From contig PRCZ01000005.1 of assembly GCA_009903405.1 (NCBI GenBank), positions 1-49,479 on the forward strand: a stretch of 49,479 nucleotides of DNA, written 5' to 3'. The notes under the pieces were generated by a model. It saw only the letters and a program-made list of their open reading frames with translations, had not been told where the DNA came from and did no database searches. This DNA comes from Candidatus Methanophaga sp. AG-394-G06 (GTDB lineage: Archaea > Halobacteriota > Syntropharchaeia > Alkanophagales > Methanospirareceae). The position numbers and the translations under genes are program-made. Each line of letters starts with the position of its first letter. The first letter of the stretch is position 1. Positions 1 through 9,268 of the stretch are shown here, one piece after another.

Positions 1-70
1 AATCCGTGTAAATCCGTGTAAATCTGCGTCCTAAATTAAATATGTAGAAGTTATACGTTATATACAATAA
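1..70. repeat. Hairpin-element family 1, right arm (truncated by window edge)
   Basis: AATCCGTGTA-AATCCGTGTA-AATCTGCGTC-CTAAATTAAA...AGTTATACGTTATATACAA; near-identical to 16358-16426 and to the reverse complement of 26471-26535 and 44947-45006. Confidence 0.85.
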
Positions 71-73
71 AAA

Positions 74-1081
74 ATGCTCGAACAATATCTCGGCAAAGTT
101 GTAGATAGGAAAGACCTAAACGCAGAAGAAGCAGAAGCTGCTATGCGAACGATAATGAGCGGCGAAGCGGAGAAACTACAAACTGCTGCGTTCTTAGCCT
201 CTTTACGGACGAAGGGCGAGACAGAAGATGAAATAGCTGCTTTTGCACGGGTCATGCGCGACATGGCACTAAAAATAAAACCGAAAGTGGAGAAGAGCGT
301 GGACGTTTGCGGGACTGGCGGCGATGTGATAAAAACGTTCAACATCTCCACCACTGCTGCGTTCATCACTGCTTGCGTAGTGCCCGTAGCGAAACACGGT
401 AACCGGTCAGTAACGTCAAAATGTGGTAGTGCAGACGTAATAGAGGAATTAGGTGCGAATCTGGCTTTACCGCCTCGCAAGATAGAGGAATGCATCGAGA
501 AGATAGGGATTGGGTTCATGTTCGCACCCTTGCACCATCAGGCGATGAAGAACGTGATGGAAGTGAGGCAGAAGCTGGGTATGAGGACGGTGTTCAATAT
601 TCTGGGTCCGTTAACGAATCCTGCAAATGCAACGCATCAACTCATTGGCGTTTACGATGCTGCAATAACAGATAAGATAGCGAAAGTGCTTCGTATATTG
701 GGTCTGAAGAAGGCGTTAGTGGTGCATGGCGAGCCGGGCGTGGATGAGGTTTCTATCTCCGGGCGGACGAAGGTATCGCATCTGGAAAATGACAGGATAG
801 ATTCGTATTACATAGAACCCGGTGATTTTGGGCTGCAACCGGCATCGCCAGAAGCAATTGCAGGTGGTGATAGGAAAGCGAGTGCGAGGATATTGCAGGA
901 TATATTGAGTTGCAAAGAAAAGGGAGCGAAACGGGATGTTGTTTTATTGAACGCGGCAGCGGCTATCTTCGCTGCTGACGAAGCAACTAGCATAAAAGAG
1001 GGGTTTGAAATTGCAAAGGGGGTATTGGAAGACGGGAAGGCGGCAGAGAAGTTGAAGGCGTTTATTCGGTTTGCGCAGTGA
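74..1081 (+). CDS. trpD: Anthranilate phosphoribosyltransferase
   Basis: DVCGTGGD, FNIST, KHGNRSVTSKCGSAD, RTVFNILGPLTNP motifs; 335 aa. Confidence 0.97.
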   Translation: MLEQYLGKVVDRKDLNAEEAEAAMRTIMSGEAEKLQTAAFLASLRTKGETEDEIAAFARVMRDMALKIKPKVEKSVDVCGTGGDVIKTFNISTTAAFITACVVPVAKHGNRSVTSKCGSADVIEELGANLALPPRKIEECIEKIGIGFMFAPLHHQAMKNVMEVRQKLGMRTVFNILGPLTNPANATHQLIGVYDAAITDKIAKVLRILGLKKALVVHGEPGVDEVSISGRTKVSHLENDRIDSYYIEPGDFGLQPASPEAIAGGDRKASARILQDILSCKEKGAKRDVVLLNAAAAIFAADEATSIKEGFEIAKGVLEDGKAAEKLKAFIRFAQ

Positions 1082-1086
1082 AAACG

Positions 1087-1251
1087 GTATTTGTATAACA
1101 AATCTAAAAAACCACGAGAGTTCACAAGATTGACACAGAACCGGAAATCCGAGAACAGAACTCTGACTTCTTGGACCTTCATTCTCGTAAAATCTGTGTA
1201 AATCTGCGTCATAAATTAAATTTGTAGGTAGAAGTTATACTTTATATACAA
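1087..1251. repeat. Hairpin-element family 1, complete copy filling the trpD-trpC spacer
   Basis: Left arm GTATTTGTATA...AAAAAACCACGAGAGTTCACAAGATTGACACAGA; right arm AATCTGTGTAAATCTGCGTC...GAAGTTATACTTTATATACAA. Confidence 0.8.
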
Positions 1252-1258
1252 CGATAAA

Positions 1259-2017
1259 ATGGTAGAAGAAATCATAAATAGGAAACGAGAGACCATTGGA
1301 AAGCTGAAAGAACGAAGAAGCATAAAAGACGCAATAGTAGCAGCTAAAGCATCAGGAAAACGACCTGTCATTACAGAAGTAAAGCGAAGAGGCTTAAAAG
1401 CAGGAGAGAACGAAGTAGTAATAGAGGCGGAAGAAGCTGCGAGCAAAATGAAAGAAGGCGGTGCATGTGCGCTATCCGTTTTAACAGACGAGGCGTTTTC
1501 CGGTAGTTTAGACGATTTAAGAACCGTAAAAGTTAATGTTGACCTGCCGGTATTGAGAAAGGACTTCATCTTCGATACGTTTCAGGTCTACGAATCCTAT
1601 GCTTGCGGTGCGAGTGCGATATTATTAATAGCGAGATTCTTAACTGTGGCAAGATTGAAGGAGCTGGCAAAGAAAGCTGCCTCACTGGGTATAGAATCAC
1701 TTATCGAGATAGATCGCGAATCAAAAGACAAGATTCTTGATGCCGATCTAACGGAGATTTCATCATCTGCGTTAATCGGCATAAACAATCGCGACTTAGA
1801 TACGTTTGAAGTGACTTTGGAAACTTTTGAGGCGATTGCACCGGCAGTTAAACAGAAGATACCGGACGATGTACCTTTAGTTGCTCTGAGTGGAATTAAT
1901 AATCCGGAAGATGCAAGGCGGATGTTCGATGCGGGTGCAGATGCTTTGCTTGTTGGCACATCCGTTATGAATGCCGCGGATATAGCGCAGAAAGTGAAAG
2001 AGTTGGTGGATAGCTGA
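1259..2017 (+). CDS. trpC: Indole-3-glycerol phosphate synthase
   Basis: ITEVKR, LSVLTD, PVLRKDFI, GINNRDL, LVGTS motifs; follows trpD. Confidence 0.96.
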   Translation: MVEEIINRKRETIGKLKERRSIKDAIVAAKASGKRPVITEVKRRGLKAGENEVVIEAEEAASKMKEGGACALSVLTDEAFSGSLDDLRTVKVNVDLPVLRKDFIFDTFQVYESYACGASAILLIARFLTVARLKELAKKAASLGIESLIEIDRESKDKILDADLTEISSSALIGINNRDLDTFEVTLETFEAIAPAVKQKIPDDVPLVALSGINNPEDARRMFDAGADALLVGTSVMNAADIAQKVKELVDS

Positions 2018-2047
2018 AAAATCGCAAATTCGTTTTAGCTCTTTTAT

Positions 2048-2110
2048 AACCACAAGATTACACCGATTTTCATAAAAATGCAATCCAAGACGAAGCTGAG
2101 TTCGTGGTGT
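2048..2110. repeat. Degenerate hairpin-element family 1 copy
   Basis: AACCACAAGATTACACCGATTTTCA matches the arm at 31235-31260; TTCGTGGT at 2101 can pair with it. Confidence 0.55.
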
Positions 2111-2150
2111 TAATCACATCAATAAATTCACGTATTGACACATGAACGCA

Positions 2151-2678
2151 CTATGCCCATTCAATCACTTCGTAATTGTTCTTAATGACCTTTTTGGTGG
2201 GGTAGATTTCTCCAATAATCTCGTCCGGATCGAACCAAAGATGAATCTCTTTTTTTGCAGATTCCTCGGAGTCCGAGCAATGGATAACGTTCTCCATGAT
2301 GCCCTTTTTGTTAATCCTACCGTAAGCTCCGCGGATGGATATTGGGTCTGCTTCGAGTGGATTCGTTGCACCTGCTATCCTTCGCACTTTTGAGATCGCG
2401 TCCACCCCTTCGGACACAAACACAAGTACGCGTTCATACTCAGGGCCATAGGTTTTACCGGAAAAGTACTCATAAAGGTCATCAAAAAACGGTTCGTCTT
2501 TTAAATGCGCGTAATGCTGCTCCACAAGTTCCCGCGATACGTTGACAACTTTTGCACCTATGAGCCTCAGGCGTGCTTCTAAAAGGCGGGTGAGGATGTT
2601 CCCGGTCAATGATTTCACCAGTGCGTCTGGCTTCAGAATGATCAGAGTGTGTTGGTGTTTCTTTGTTGCTTCGGTCAT
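2151..2678 (-). CDS. ndk: Nucleoside diphosphate kinase
   Basis: TLIILKPDA, GATNP...SIRG, N-V-I-H-C-S-D catalytic His motif, EIHLWF. Confidence 0.95.
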   Translation of the reverse strand: MTEATKKHQHTLIILKPDALVKSLTGNILTRLLEARLRLIGAKVVNVSRELVEQHYAHLKDEPFFDDLYEYFSGKTYGPEYERVLVFVSEGVDAISKVRRIAGATNPLEADPISIRGAYGRINKKGIMENVIHCSDSEESAKKEIHLWFDPDEIIGEIYPTKKVIKNNYEVIEWA

Positions 2679-2750
2679 TGCTTGTACACCTTTTTGGTTA
2701 GATATAAAATAGGATTATTCAATATAAATATAATTAAGGATACTTTGAGA

Positions 2751-2776
2751 GAACAAAATAAAATCAATTATTGACA
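2751..2776. repeat. Isolated outer left-arm fragment of hairpin-element family 1
   Basis: GAACAAAATAAAATCAATTATTGACA matches 16296-16325 and the reverse complement of 26592-26616. Confidence 0.6.
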
Positions 2777-2800
2777 TGTTACATTTTTCATTGTCCGCAC

Positions 2801-4168
2801 TTACCTCTTACCGCCAGCTAAGACCGCAGCAGCCCTGGCTGCGCTTTCCGGTGTAAAGAATACAGGCAAACCGTTTTTCTCCTCGAAATGCTTTGCCATT
2901 CGCCTTGTAAACTTACCACCCGGACTACAGATGAGTATCGGTTTATTGTATATGTCTCTGATCTCTTTCAGCTTATCTACCAGTCGTTCCGTGATTTCCG
3001 GTGGACCCCATAGAACAATTACAATGACAATGTCGTATTCGTCCCTCAAGCCCTCCTCAAGGGCAATAACGTAATTCTCATCGGTAACACTACTGGTCAG
3101 GTCTATGGGATTACCAGTAGCAGTGTAACCGGGCAGTTTGGCGCTCAAGCGTTTTCTCGTTTCCTCTGTAAGACCAGTAACTTCAAGTCCCAAATCTTCA
3201 CATGCATCTGCCATAGTTACAGCGACACCACCACCATCCGTTATAATCAAAACCTTTTTGCCTGCGACCAGATCATAGGAGTTCAAAACCTTACAGGCAT
3301 CCTTTAACCCCTCATAGCCGTCCACCTCAATTATCCCGGCCTTTTTAAATGCCGCCTTATATAGCTCATACCTACCGGATATTGCACCCGTATGTGATCT
3401 GGCAGCATGTACTCCCGCCTCCCTTTTGCCAACCTTAAGAGCAACAACGGGCTTTCTCTTTGTGCATCGCGATGCCACCTCTACAAACCGCCTTCCGTCG
3501 TCTACCGATTCCATGTATAAGACAACAACCTTCGTTGCATCATCATCAACCAGGAAATTGAGGCACTCTGTCTCACCAACGTCAACTCTATTCCCATAAC
3601 TCACAATCCTTGCGACACCAATACCTTCTGACGCCAGCTCATCCACGATCATTTCAGCAAAAGAACCGCTCTGAGTAAGTATAGAGATCCTGCCTCTTTT
3701 GAGCCGCTTCACCCGTTCCACAGGTATAAAAAAAGTATCCATCTTGGACACAGTATCATATATGCCCAAACAGTTTGGACCGATGATCCTTATCCCTTTC
3801 CGCGCAACAATCTCTTTTAGCGATTCTTCCAACCGCCGCCCGGAATCCCCGACCTCCTTGAAACCCGCACTGATAATGATTGCACCCTTGACATTTTCGA
3901 CTGGCTTCAGCGCCCCCAACACTTTAGAGGCAGGTAGTGCAATAATGGCCACATCTATATCGTCCTTTATCTCGGCCATTGAGCTGTAGCACTTGCAACC
4001 GTCAATAGAGGGATATTTAGGATTTACTAGATATGTAGACCCTTTAAAACCGATTCGCTTAAGGCTTTCCAAGATGATATGAGACGCTTTTCCGGGGGTT
4101 GGTGAAGCACCAACAACGGCGATTGTTTTCGGGTTAAAGAAGAAGTTTATGTCTGTTCCAATACTCAT
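2801..4168 (-). CDS. acdA: ADP-forming acyl/acetyl-CoA synthetase alpha subunit (CoA-binding)
   Basis: PKTIAVVGAS, IIGPNCLG, QSG, AARSHTGA phospho-His motif, GNPIDL; no ATP-grasp beta domain. Confidence 0.88.
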   Translation of the reverse strand: MSIGTDINFFFNPKTIAVVGASPTPGKASHIILESLKRIGFKGSTYLVNPKYPSIDGCKCYSSMAEIKDDIDVAIIALPASKVLGALKPVENVKGAIIISAGFKEVGDSGRRLEESLKEIVARKGIRIIGPNCLGIYDTVSKMDTFFIPVERVKRLKRGRISILTQSGSFAEMIVDELASEGIGVARIVSYGNRVDVGETECLNFLVDDDATKVVVLYMESVDDGRRFVEVASRCTKRKPVVALKVGKREAGVHAARSHTGAISGRYELYKAAFKKAGIIEVDGYEGLKDACKVLNSYDLVAGKKVLIITDGGGVAVTMADACEDLGLEVTGLTEETRKRLSAKLPGYTATGNPIDLTSSVTDENYVIALEEGLRDEYDIVIVIVLWGPPEITERLVDKLKEIRDIYNKPILICSPGGKFTRRMAKHFEEKNGLPVFFTPESAARAAAVLAGGKR

Positions 4169-5069
4169 TTACGCCCTCCTGTATCTTATTCAGTGCCGCC
4201 TCCTGCCTAACAGGTTTAAAGAGATGGGCGAACCGCCCCTGTACTTGTAGATATTCTTCCACGGGCTTAAATCTTTTGGGGACAACAGTATGAGTAACAA
4301 CACCAAAAACAGCCTCTTTTAGTGCCCAGACGCCAGTATCAACCGCCAGTTTTGCGAGTTTTACCGTGTATGACGAGTCGATTCCCCAGCCAGGAGGGCA
4401 GGGAGAAAGAGCTATAAACAGTTTTGGGCCTTTGTACTGTTCTGCCTTTTTAAATTTGTTAATCAGATCAACAGGGTGGGCTGGCGAGATGGTAGCAAGA
4501 TAGGGTGGCTTGTGGCTATTCCAAATTGCAAAGAGATCTTTCTTTGCAAGTTCCGATCCTATGGGACTTATCCTTCCTGGTGGGGTTGTGCCGGTCTTTG
4601 ATGCAAATGGTGTTGCTCCTGACCACTGGACGCCGGTATTGCCATAAGCCTCATTATCATAACAGATATAATAGAAGTCGAGGTTGCGGTTGATAGCCCC
4701 CGAAGTAGAAGAAAGACCCATATCGTAAGCAGCCCCATCACCGGTCAATACAACCACCTTCAAATCCTCGTCCGGATCGAGCCTACCCTTTTTTATCAAT
4801 ATGTCCAGCGCATCCCGTATCCCTTGCGCTCCGGCGGGTGCAGATGCCATTGCTGTATAAAGCCATGAATTCTTAAATGGGGTATAGGGATATATGGCAA
4901 GCAGCGTGAAACAACCGGCTGCATTTACTATTACTGTCTTTCGCCCCAGTGCCTTCATACAGTGCCTCAACGCCAAAAGACCACCACAACCCGCACAAGC
5001 TGGAGTGCCAGGGAGCATATTCTCTTCAGGCGGGATGCCTTTGATTGATTTTATACGTTCTATAACCAT
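4134..5069 (-). CDS. porB: 2-oxoacid (pyruvate):ferredoxin oxidoreductase beta subunit
   Basis: ACAGCG, GDG...YDNEAYGNTG TPP-binding motif, SPCPPGW; start moved to ATG 5069. Confidence 0.9.
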   Translation of the reverse strand: MVIERIKSIKGIPPEENMLPGTPACAGCGGLLALRHCMKALGRKTVIVNAAGCFTLLAIYPYTPFKNSWLYTAMASAPAGAQGIRDALDILIKKGRLDPDEDLKVVVLTGDGAAYDMGLSSTSGAINRNLDFYYICYDNEAYGNTGVQWSGATPFASKTGTTPPGRISPIGSELAKKDLFAIWNSHKPPYLATISPAHPVDLINKFKKAEQYKGPKLFIALSPCPPGWGIDSSYTVKLAKLAVDTGVWALKEAVFGVVTHTVVPKRFKPVEEYLQVQGRFAHLFKPVRQEAALNKIQEGVNEYWNRHKLLL

Positions 5070-5074
5070 CTCTT

Positions 5075-6295
5075 TCACCCCTTTCCCGCCATCCTCTTTA
5101 ATCGCTCCATTTCCTGCCATTCCTTATCGGTGTATATAAGTTGAGCGGTTCCCGCATCTTCTGTATCCGCACCCGTAACCGTCTTATTGATGATGAACTC
5201 AAACTCGTCAGGGCTTATGTTTTTACCACCAAGTCCGGCAATAAACGATAGCAGGAGCGGCCTATGTTTCTCATTGTATAGGCAACTAGCAATCTCCGAA
5301 TGCAGAATCCCGCCCTTGCCTATGCTGATGTTCTGGTCTATGACCGCAACAGCCATCTTCCCGGTGATTGCTGCCTTTAGATCCGCCACAGGAAATGGCC
5401 GTACGAGCCGCAACCGCAAAAGCCCAGCCTTTATTCCGCTTTCTCGAGCATTGTTAACAGCCGCCTTGCCGAGAGTGGAGAAGGAGTTGGTCATAACGAG
5501 AACATAATCAGCGTCGTCCAGCATATAGCCTTCAATGGTATCATAGTTTCGACCAAATCCAGTTTCAAATTCCTCACAAACCTCTTTATAGACCGCCAGC
5601 GCGTTTTGACTTGCCATATGCATCTGGTATTTGAAATACGAATACCCTAACCCGCCAAGTACTGCCGCGCTTTGGGCCATTGGTTGACTAGCCTTAAAGA
5701 AAGCGTGTTTCGGCTGATATAGCGGTAGAAAATTTCTGACCTGCTCCACATCTGGCACCTCTACGGGTTCTCGGGTAAACGAGAGATAAAAACCATCCAG
5801 ATTAACAATAATTGGCAGCAGCACCCGCTCGTCCTCTACCAATCGGTATGCCATCAAGATAGAATCTAAAACCTCCTGGCAGGTCTCACAATGTATCTGC
5901 AAAAATCCCGTGTCCCTTGCTGCTAGTACATCGTTATGGTCTGGCTCGAGTGTAATCGGAGAGGACAAGCCTCGCGATACATTTGCCATCACCAGAGGTA
6001 CTCGCCAGCCGGCTACTGCATAGAGCATCTCAAAACCATACAGAAGCCCTTGACTAGAAGTAGCCGTAAAAGCACGAGCGCCCGTAGCAGAAGCAGATCC
6101 CGCTGCTGTTAGCATCGAATGCTCGGAGTCCATAGTAACGTACTTGCTATCCATAACACCATCAGAAATCCACCTTGCCAAAGTCTCGATAATCTCTGTC
6201 TGGGGTGTTATAGGATAGACGGGGATATAATCCACTTCGGCCAACCGCACCCCCCATGCAGCCGCGGCATTGCCTGTGAGCATCTCTTTTCTCAT
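5075..6295 (-). CDS. porA: 2-oxoacid (pyruvate):ferredoxin oxidoreductase alpha subunit
   Basis: GNAAAA, YPITPQT, SEHS, TATSSQGL, GLGG motifs; start ATG 6295. Confidence 0.92.
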   Translation of the reverse strand: MRKEMLTGNAAAAWGVRLAEVDYIPVYPITPQTEIIETLARWISDGVMDSKYVTMDSEHSMLTAAGSASATGARAFTATSSQGLLYGFEMLYAVAGWRVPLVMANVSRGLSSPITLEPDHNDVLAARDTGFLQIHCETCQEVLDSILMAYRLVEDERVLLPIIVNLDGFYLSFTREPVEVPDVEQVRNFLPLYQPKHAFFKASQPMAQSAAVLGGLGYSYFKYQMHMASQNALAVYKEVCEEFETGFGRNYDTIEGYMLDDADYVLVMTNSFSTLGKAAVNNARESGIKAGLLRLRLVRPFPVADLKAAITGKMAVAVIDQNISIGKGGILHSEIASCLYNEKHRPLLLSFIAGLGGKNISPDEFEFIINKTVTGADTEDAGTAQLIYTDKEWQEMERLKRMAGKG

Positions 6296-6321
6296 TTCAC
6301 GAGCACATCTCCTTCCTGAAA

Positions 6322-7227
6322 TCACACATGAACCTCCCGTACCTTGCCTAAACTATTTGTGGGGCATTCCTCAACACAGATCAGGCAGCCCTTACAGTTA
6401 TCGTAATCGGTATATGGAAAGCCGTCTTCATTTACTAAAATACAGCCATCCGGGCATCTGGCAACGCAGATCATACATCTGGTACAGGAATCGTAATTCC
6501 AGACAGGTCTAAAAACGCGCCAGTTACCGGTCATTCGCAAGGGCGTATTGCCGGTAGCGTTTATAGCAGGACTAGAGACCGTGGCAGGTTCGAACGGTAC
6601 GGAGATAACTTTAGAGCTCTTTTTTTTGATTGCGTCAGTAGTTTTTAGTTCTAGTTCTATTTTTGCTGGCGTGATGGCATTGAAACAATATAGTGCAGCA
6701 GCTACGTTTTTATCTAAAAGTCTTTTGTCTGTTATGATCTCGGATAATACTTTTTTCACAGCATCCGTTAAAGAATCTTCGCTAAGACCAACGATCCGGG
6801 CGGCAACTCCGCCTGCAAGGGTGCTAAGAATCGGCATGCCCAGCATATCAAGCCCAATCTTCGTTATATCTAGTGTTAATACCTGAGCGGTGATTTTATA
6901 CTCAACCTTCGCCTCCTCCGGGCTATGGGCAGTGTTTATAAGTACTATACCGCCCTGTTTAATGCCTAATACGGGCTTCGTCAAGGGATCTTGCAACAAG
7001 GTTTCGTCCATGACTATCACAATATCTGGTTCTGCTATCACACCTCGTTCCATGATGGGTTCTTCAGATATGCGTGCAGAGGCAGCTACTGGTGCACCCC
7101 GCCTCTCGGCACCATACAATGGGAAGTCCTGAGCATAGTAGCCATCCAAAAATGCCGCGGTACCCAGCACTTTACTGGCAACTCTTGCGCCCTGACCGCC
7201 CCTACCATGAAATCTCAACTTGTACAT
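6322..7227 (-). CDS. 2-oxoacid:ferredoxin oxidoreductase fused gamma-delta subunit
   Basis: HGRGGQG and YGAERRGAP (gamma) followed by TGNWR..RP and two CxxCxxCxxxCP motifs (delta); start ATG 7227. Confidence 0.9.
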   Translation of the reverse strand: MYKLRFHGRGGQGARVASKVLGTAAFLDGYYAQDFPLYGAERRGAPVAASARISEEPIMERGVIAEPDIVIVMDETLLQDPLTKPVLGIKQGGIVLINTAHSPEEAKVEYKITAQVLTLDITKIGLDMLGMPILSTLAGGVAARIVGLSEDSLTDAVKKVLSEIITDKRLLDKNVAAALYCFNAITPAKIELELKTTDAIKKKSSKVISVPFEPATVSSPAINATGNTPLRMTGNWRVFRPVWNYDSCTRCMICVARCPDGCILVNEDGFPYTDYDNCKGCLICVEECPTNSLGKVREVHV

Positions 7228-7280
7228 TTTTAGTCTATAAACTTCCCTTTGCATGCATGAATAAAAAAACCTTATTTCTT

Positions 7281-7359
7281 TGATCAAACTTTCTTTGTGA
7301 AAGAAAGTTTGCTGCGCAAGCCTTTTTCGGTAAAGCCTTTTTCTTTAGAAAAAGGGTTT
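7281..7359. repeat. A/T-rich palindromic repeat family 2 (tandem hairpins) overlapping the rimI 3' end
   Basis: CAAACTTTCTTT-GTG-AAAGAAAGTTTG perfect 12-bp stem plus CCTTTTTCT-TT-AGAAAAAGG. Confidence 0.7.
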
Positions 7360-7763
7360 ATCATCACAACTGCATCTTCATCGCCATAATACCCAGGAAT
7401 TATACGCTGCATGGCAAAGCCCAAATGGCTATAAAACGCCCTTGCCACCTCATTACTCTCACGCACTTCCACAATCGCATCACCCCTTGTCCGCTTCAAA
7501 ACTACACCTACTAGCTCCGTCCCTATACCACTTCTCCTATACCGCGCGTGCACTGCGACAGAGACTATATGCCCATCCGGATAAAAGATAATATAGCCAA
7601 CGACTTCATGCCCCGCGATATATACCCTGAAATTATCGCGATATGCAGATGCGAAATACAAAAACGTAACTCGGTCATATGGCGTTTTCGGGAATGCGTT
7701 CGCTTCTATCCTCAAAATCGCACCCAAATCAGCCCGCCTGAATCCCCTTATCCACCCTCGCAT
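7284..7763 (-). CDS. rimI: RimI-like GNAT N-acetyltransferase
   Basis: HIVSVAV, RRSGIG acetyl-CoA motif, EVRESN..A..FY..LGF, YYGDEDA. Confidence 0.85.
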   Translation of the reverse strand: MRGWIRGFRRADLGAILRIEANAFPKTPYDRVTFLYFASAYRDNFRVYIAGHEVVGYIIFYPDGHIVSVAVHARYRRSGIGTELVGVVLKRTRGDAIVEVRESNEVARAFYSHLGFAMQRIIPGYYGDEDAVVMINPFSKEKGFTEKGLRSKLSFTKKV

Positions 7764-7803
7764 CGCCTCATGCCCGTTATGCTAATCATCTACCATCTCC
7801 CAT

Positions 7804-8655
7804 CTATATTCCCAATCCTTCTTCCAATGCTTCGAGTACGAGTCTTGATGACCCCCTTACGTTTTTTATCTCGAGCCCAAACTTCGAAGCGAATTTGTCA
7901 ACGGTCTTTCGGTATTCTAGATCGTCCTCATCCGCTTCACTATAGCATATCTTCACCACTCTCTGGTAATGGTTCTGCATGATTTTTATTATCCTGCGTG
8001 TGTCACTGGCAGCACTTATTTTACTGTTCCCGGCCATAATACCAACAGAAGATTCTAAAATCACCTGTGGCTCCTTTATTATTGCTGCACCTGCGGGCGT
8101 CATGAAAAAAGTACCTATCTCTTCCCGTAACAGCGCCTGCACCTTCTCCTTTCCCAGTGCAATCTCGATACAATTGTTCAGTATTGCCCCTGTTTTATCG
8201 CGCGGTATTACTACTGGAACCTCTACGTTTTCTATTACACGCTCCATTTCTCTTGCTGTATTGCCACAGAGCCCGTACCCCAATATGACAAAATCCACTA
8301 CGGAGCTCATCGTTTTTAGACACGCTTTTATCTCAGCCAGTAGTTTATCCGGGTAATCATGCGATTGTAACTCCAATACACGAATAATCACCGAATCATT
8401 GATGTTATCCGCACGAATTTCCTTCTTTATTCCCGTAATTGTTTTCTCTTTTACATTTAATTTTAATTTTGATTTTGTTCTTGCCTCTTCCACGAACTCA
8501 CTCGAAAATCGCTCGTTCACCTTCTTAGTTAATATAGTCAGCGCTAAATTATTCGGCTCCGGCAGCAAGAAGAATATCCTGTCTACGCCTGCTCTTCTAA
8601 TAACCGCCCCTATTTCTTTTCTTAATATCTCACATGTGATGACTCCGATATGCAT
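7804..8655 (-). CDS. DUF1638-like protein
   Basis: N-terminal TCEIL, H.YPDKL, GYGLCGN, NCI...LG, FFMTP motifs typical of DUF1638. Confidence 0.7.
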   Translation of the reverse strand: MHIGVITCEILRKEIGAVIRRAGVDRIFFLLPEPNNLALTILTKKVNERFSSEFVEEARTKSKLKLNVKEKTITGIKKEIRADNINDSVIIRVLELQSHDYPDKLLAEIKACLKTMSSVVDFVILGYGLCGNTAREMERVIENVEVPVVIPRDKTGAILNNCIEIALGKEKVQALLREEIGTFFMTPAGAAIIKEPQVILESSVGIMAGNSKISAASDTRRIIKIMQNHYQRVVKICYSEADEDDLEYRKTVDKFASKFGLEIKNVRGSSRLVLEALEEGLGI

Positions 8656-8657
8656 TA

Positions 8658-8684
8658 GATCAAACCTTTTCTTAAAAAGAAAAG
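8658..8684. repeat. Palindromic repeat family 2 copy
   Basis: GATCAAACCTTTTCTT-AA-AAGAAAAG, same architecture as 7282-7311. Confidence 0.55.
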
Positions 8685-8709
8685 CGATGTGCGAAATGAA
8701 ATCTCAGGG

Positions 8710-9223
8710 TTAATCCTCCATCATTTCCACGCCGTAGTCCGCTTCGAGAAAAGCAATGACATCCGTTTTGTTTATCCTCTGCTTCATTGGCAATTTCTTC
8801 TTCTGTATCTTCCGCTCTTTTATTCGATACCCCGGCCTTTTTAACGCGACTGAAACATCCATCCCAAATATACCGACCGTAGGCTCGTAACGGTAGCCAA
8901 AGTCGGTATGCTCTTCAACACCAAAGGAGAAATTACCCAGTGTGTCAAGCTGACTCTTATAGAGCTTATTTTGTATTTTAAAGCATCGTTTGAGGAAAGC
9001 ATCAGCTCGTGCTCCTCGTAGCGTGACATTACACGCAATAGCTTCACCTTTTTTTTATGCTCAGTGGCTGTAAGGACCTCTTAGCCGTTCTTTTAATTGG
9101 TTTTTGACCCACAATACGCTCCAAAAGTTTATCCGCTTTTGCTAACTTCTCGCCACTTTCGCCCACACCCATGTTTATCACTACTTTGTCCACTTGTATC
9201 CTTCTCATCGATTCTGCTGCCAT
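8710..9223 (-). CDS. rpl5: 50S ribosomal protein uL5, interrupted by a +1 frameshift in an A8 run (9049-9056)
   Basis: Manual translation MAAESMRRIQVDKVVINMGVGESGEKL...SIKK / GEAIACNVTLRG...GNFSFGVEEHTDF...GIFGMDV..RPGYR; span 514 nt = 171 codons + 1; follows rps4e. Confidence 0.92.
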
Positions 9224-9268
9224 TTTTTCACATTCGCTCCTTTCTTTATATACCGTATATGTTCCGTT

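Noticed and set aside
8841-9047. 68-aa minus-strand ORF
   Set aside because: Wrong-frame read inside the frameshifted rpl5.
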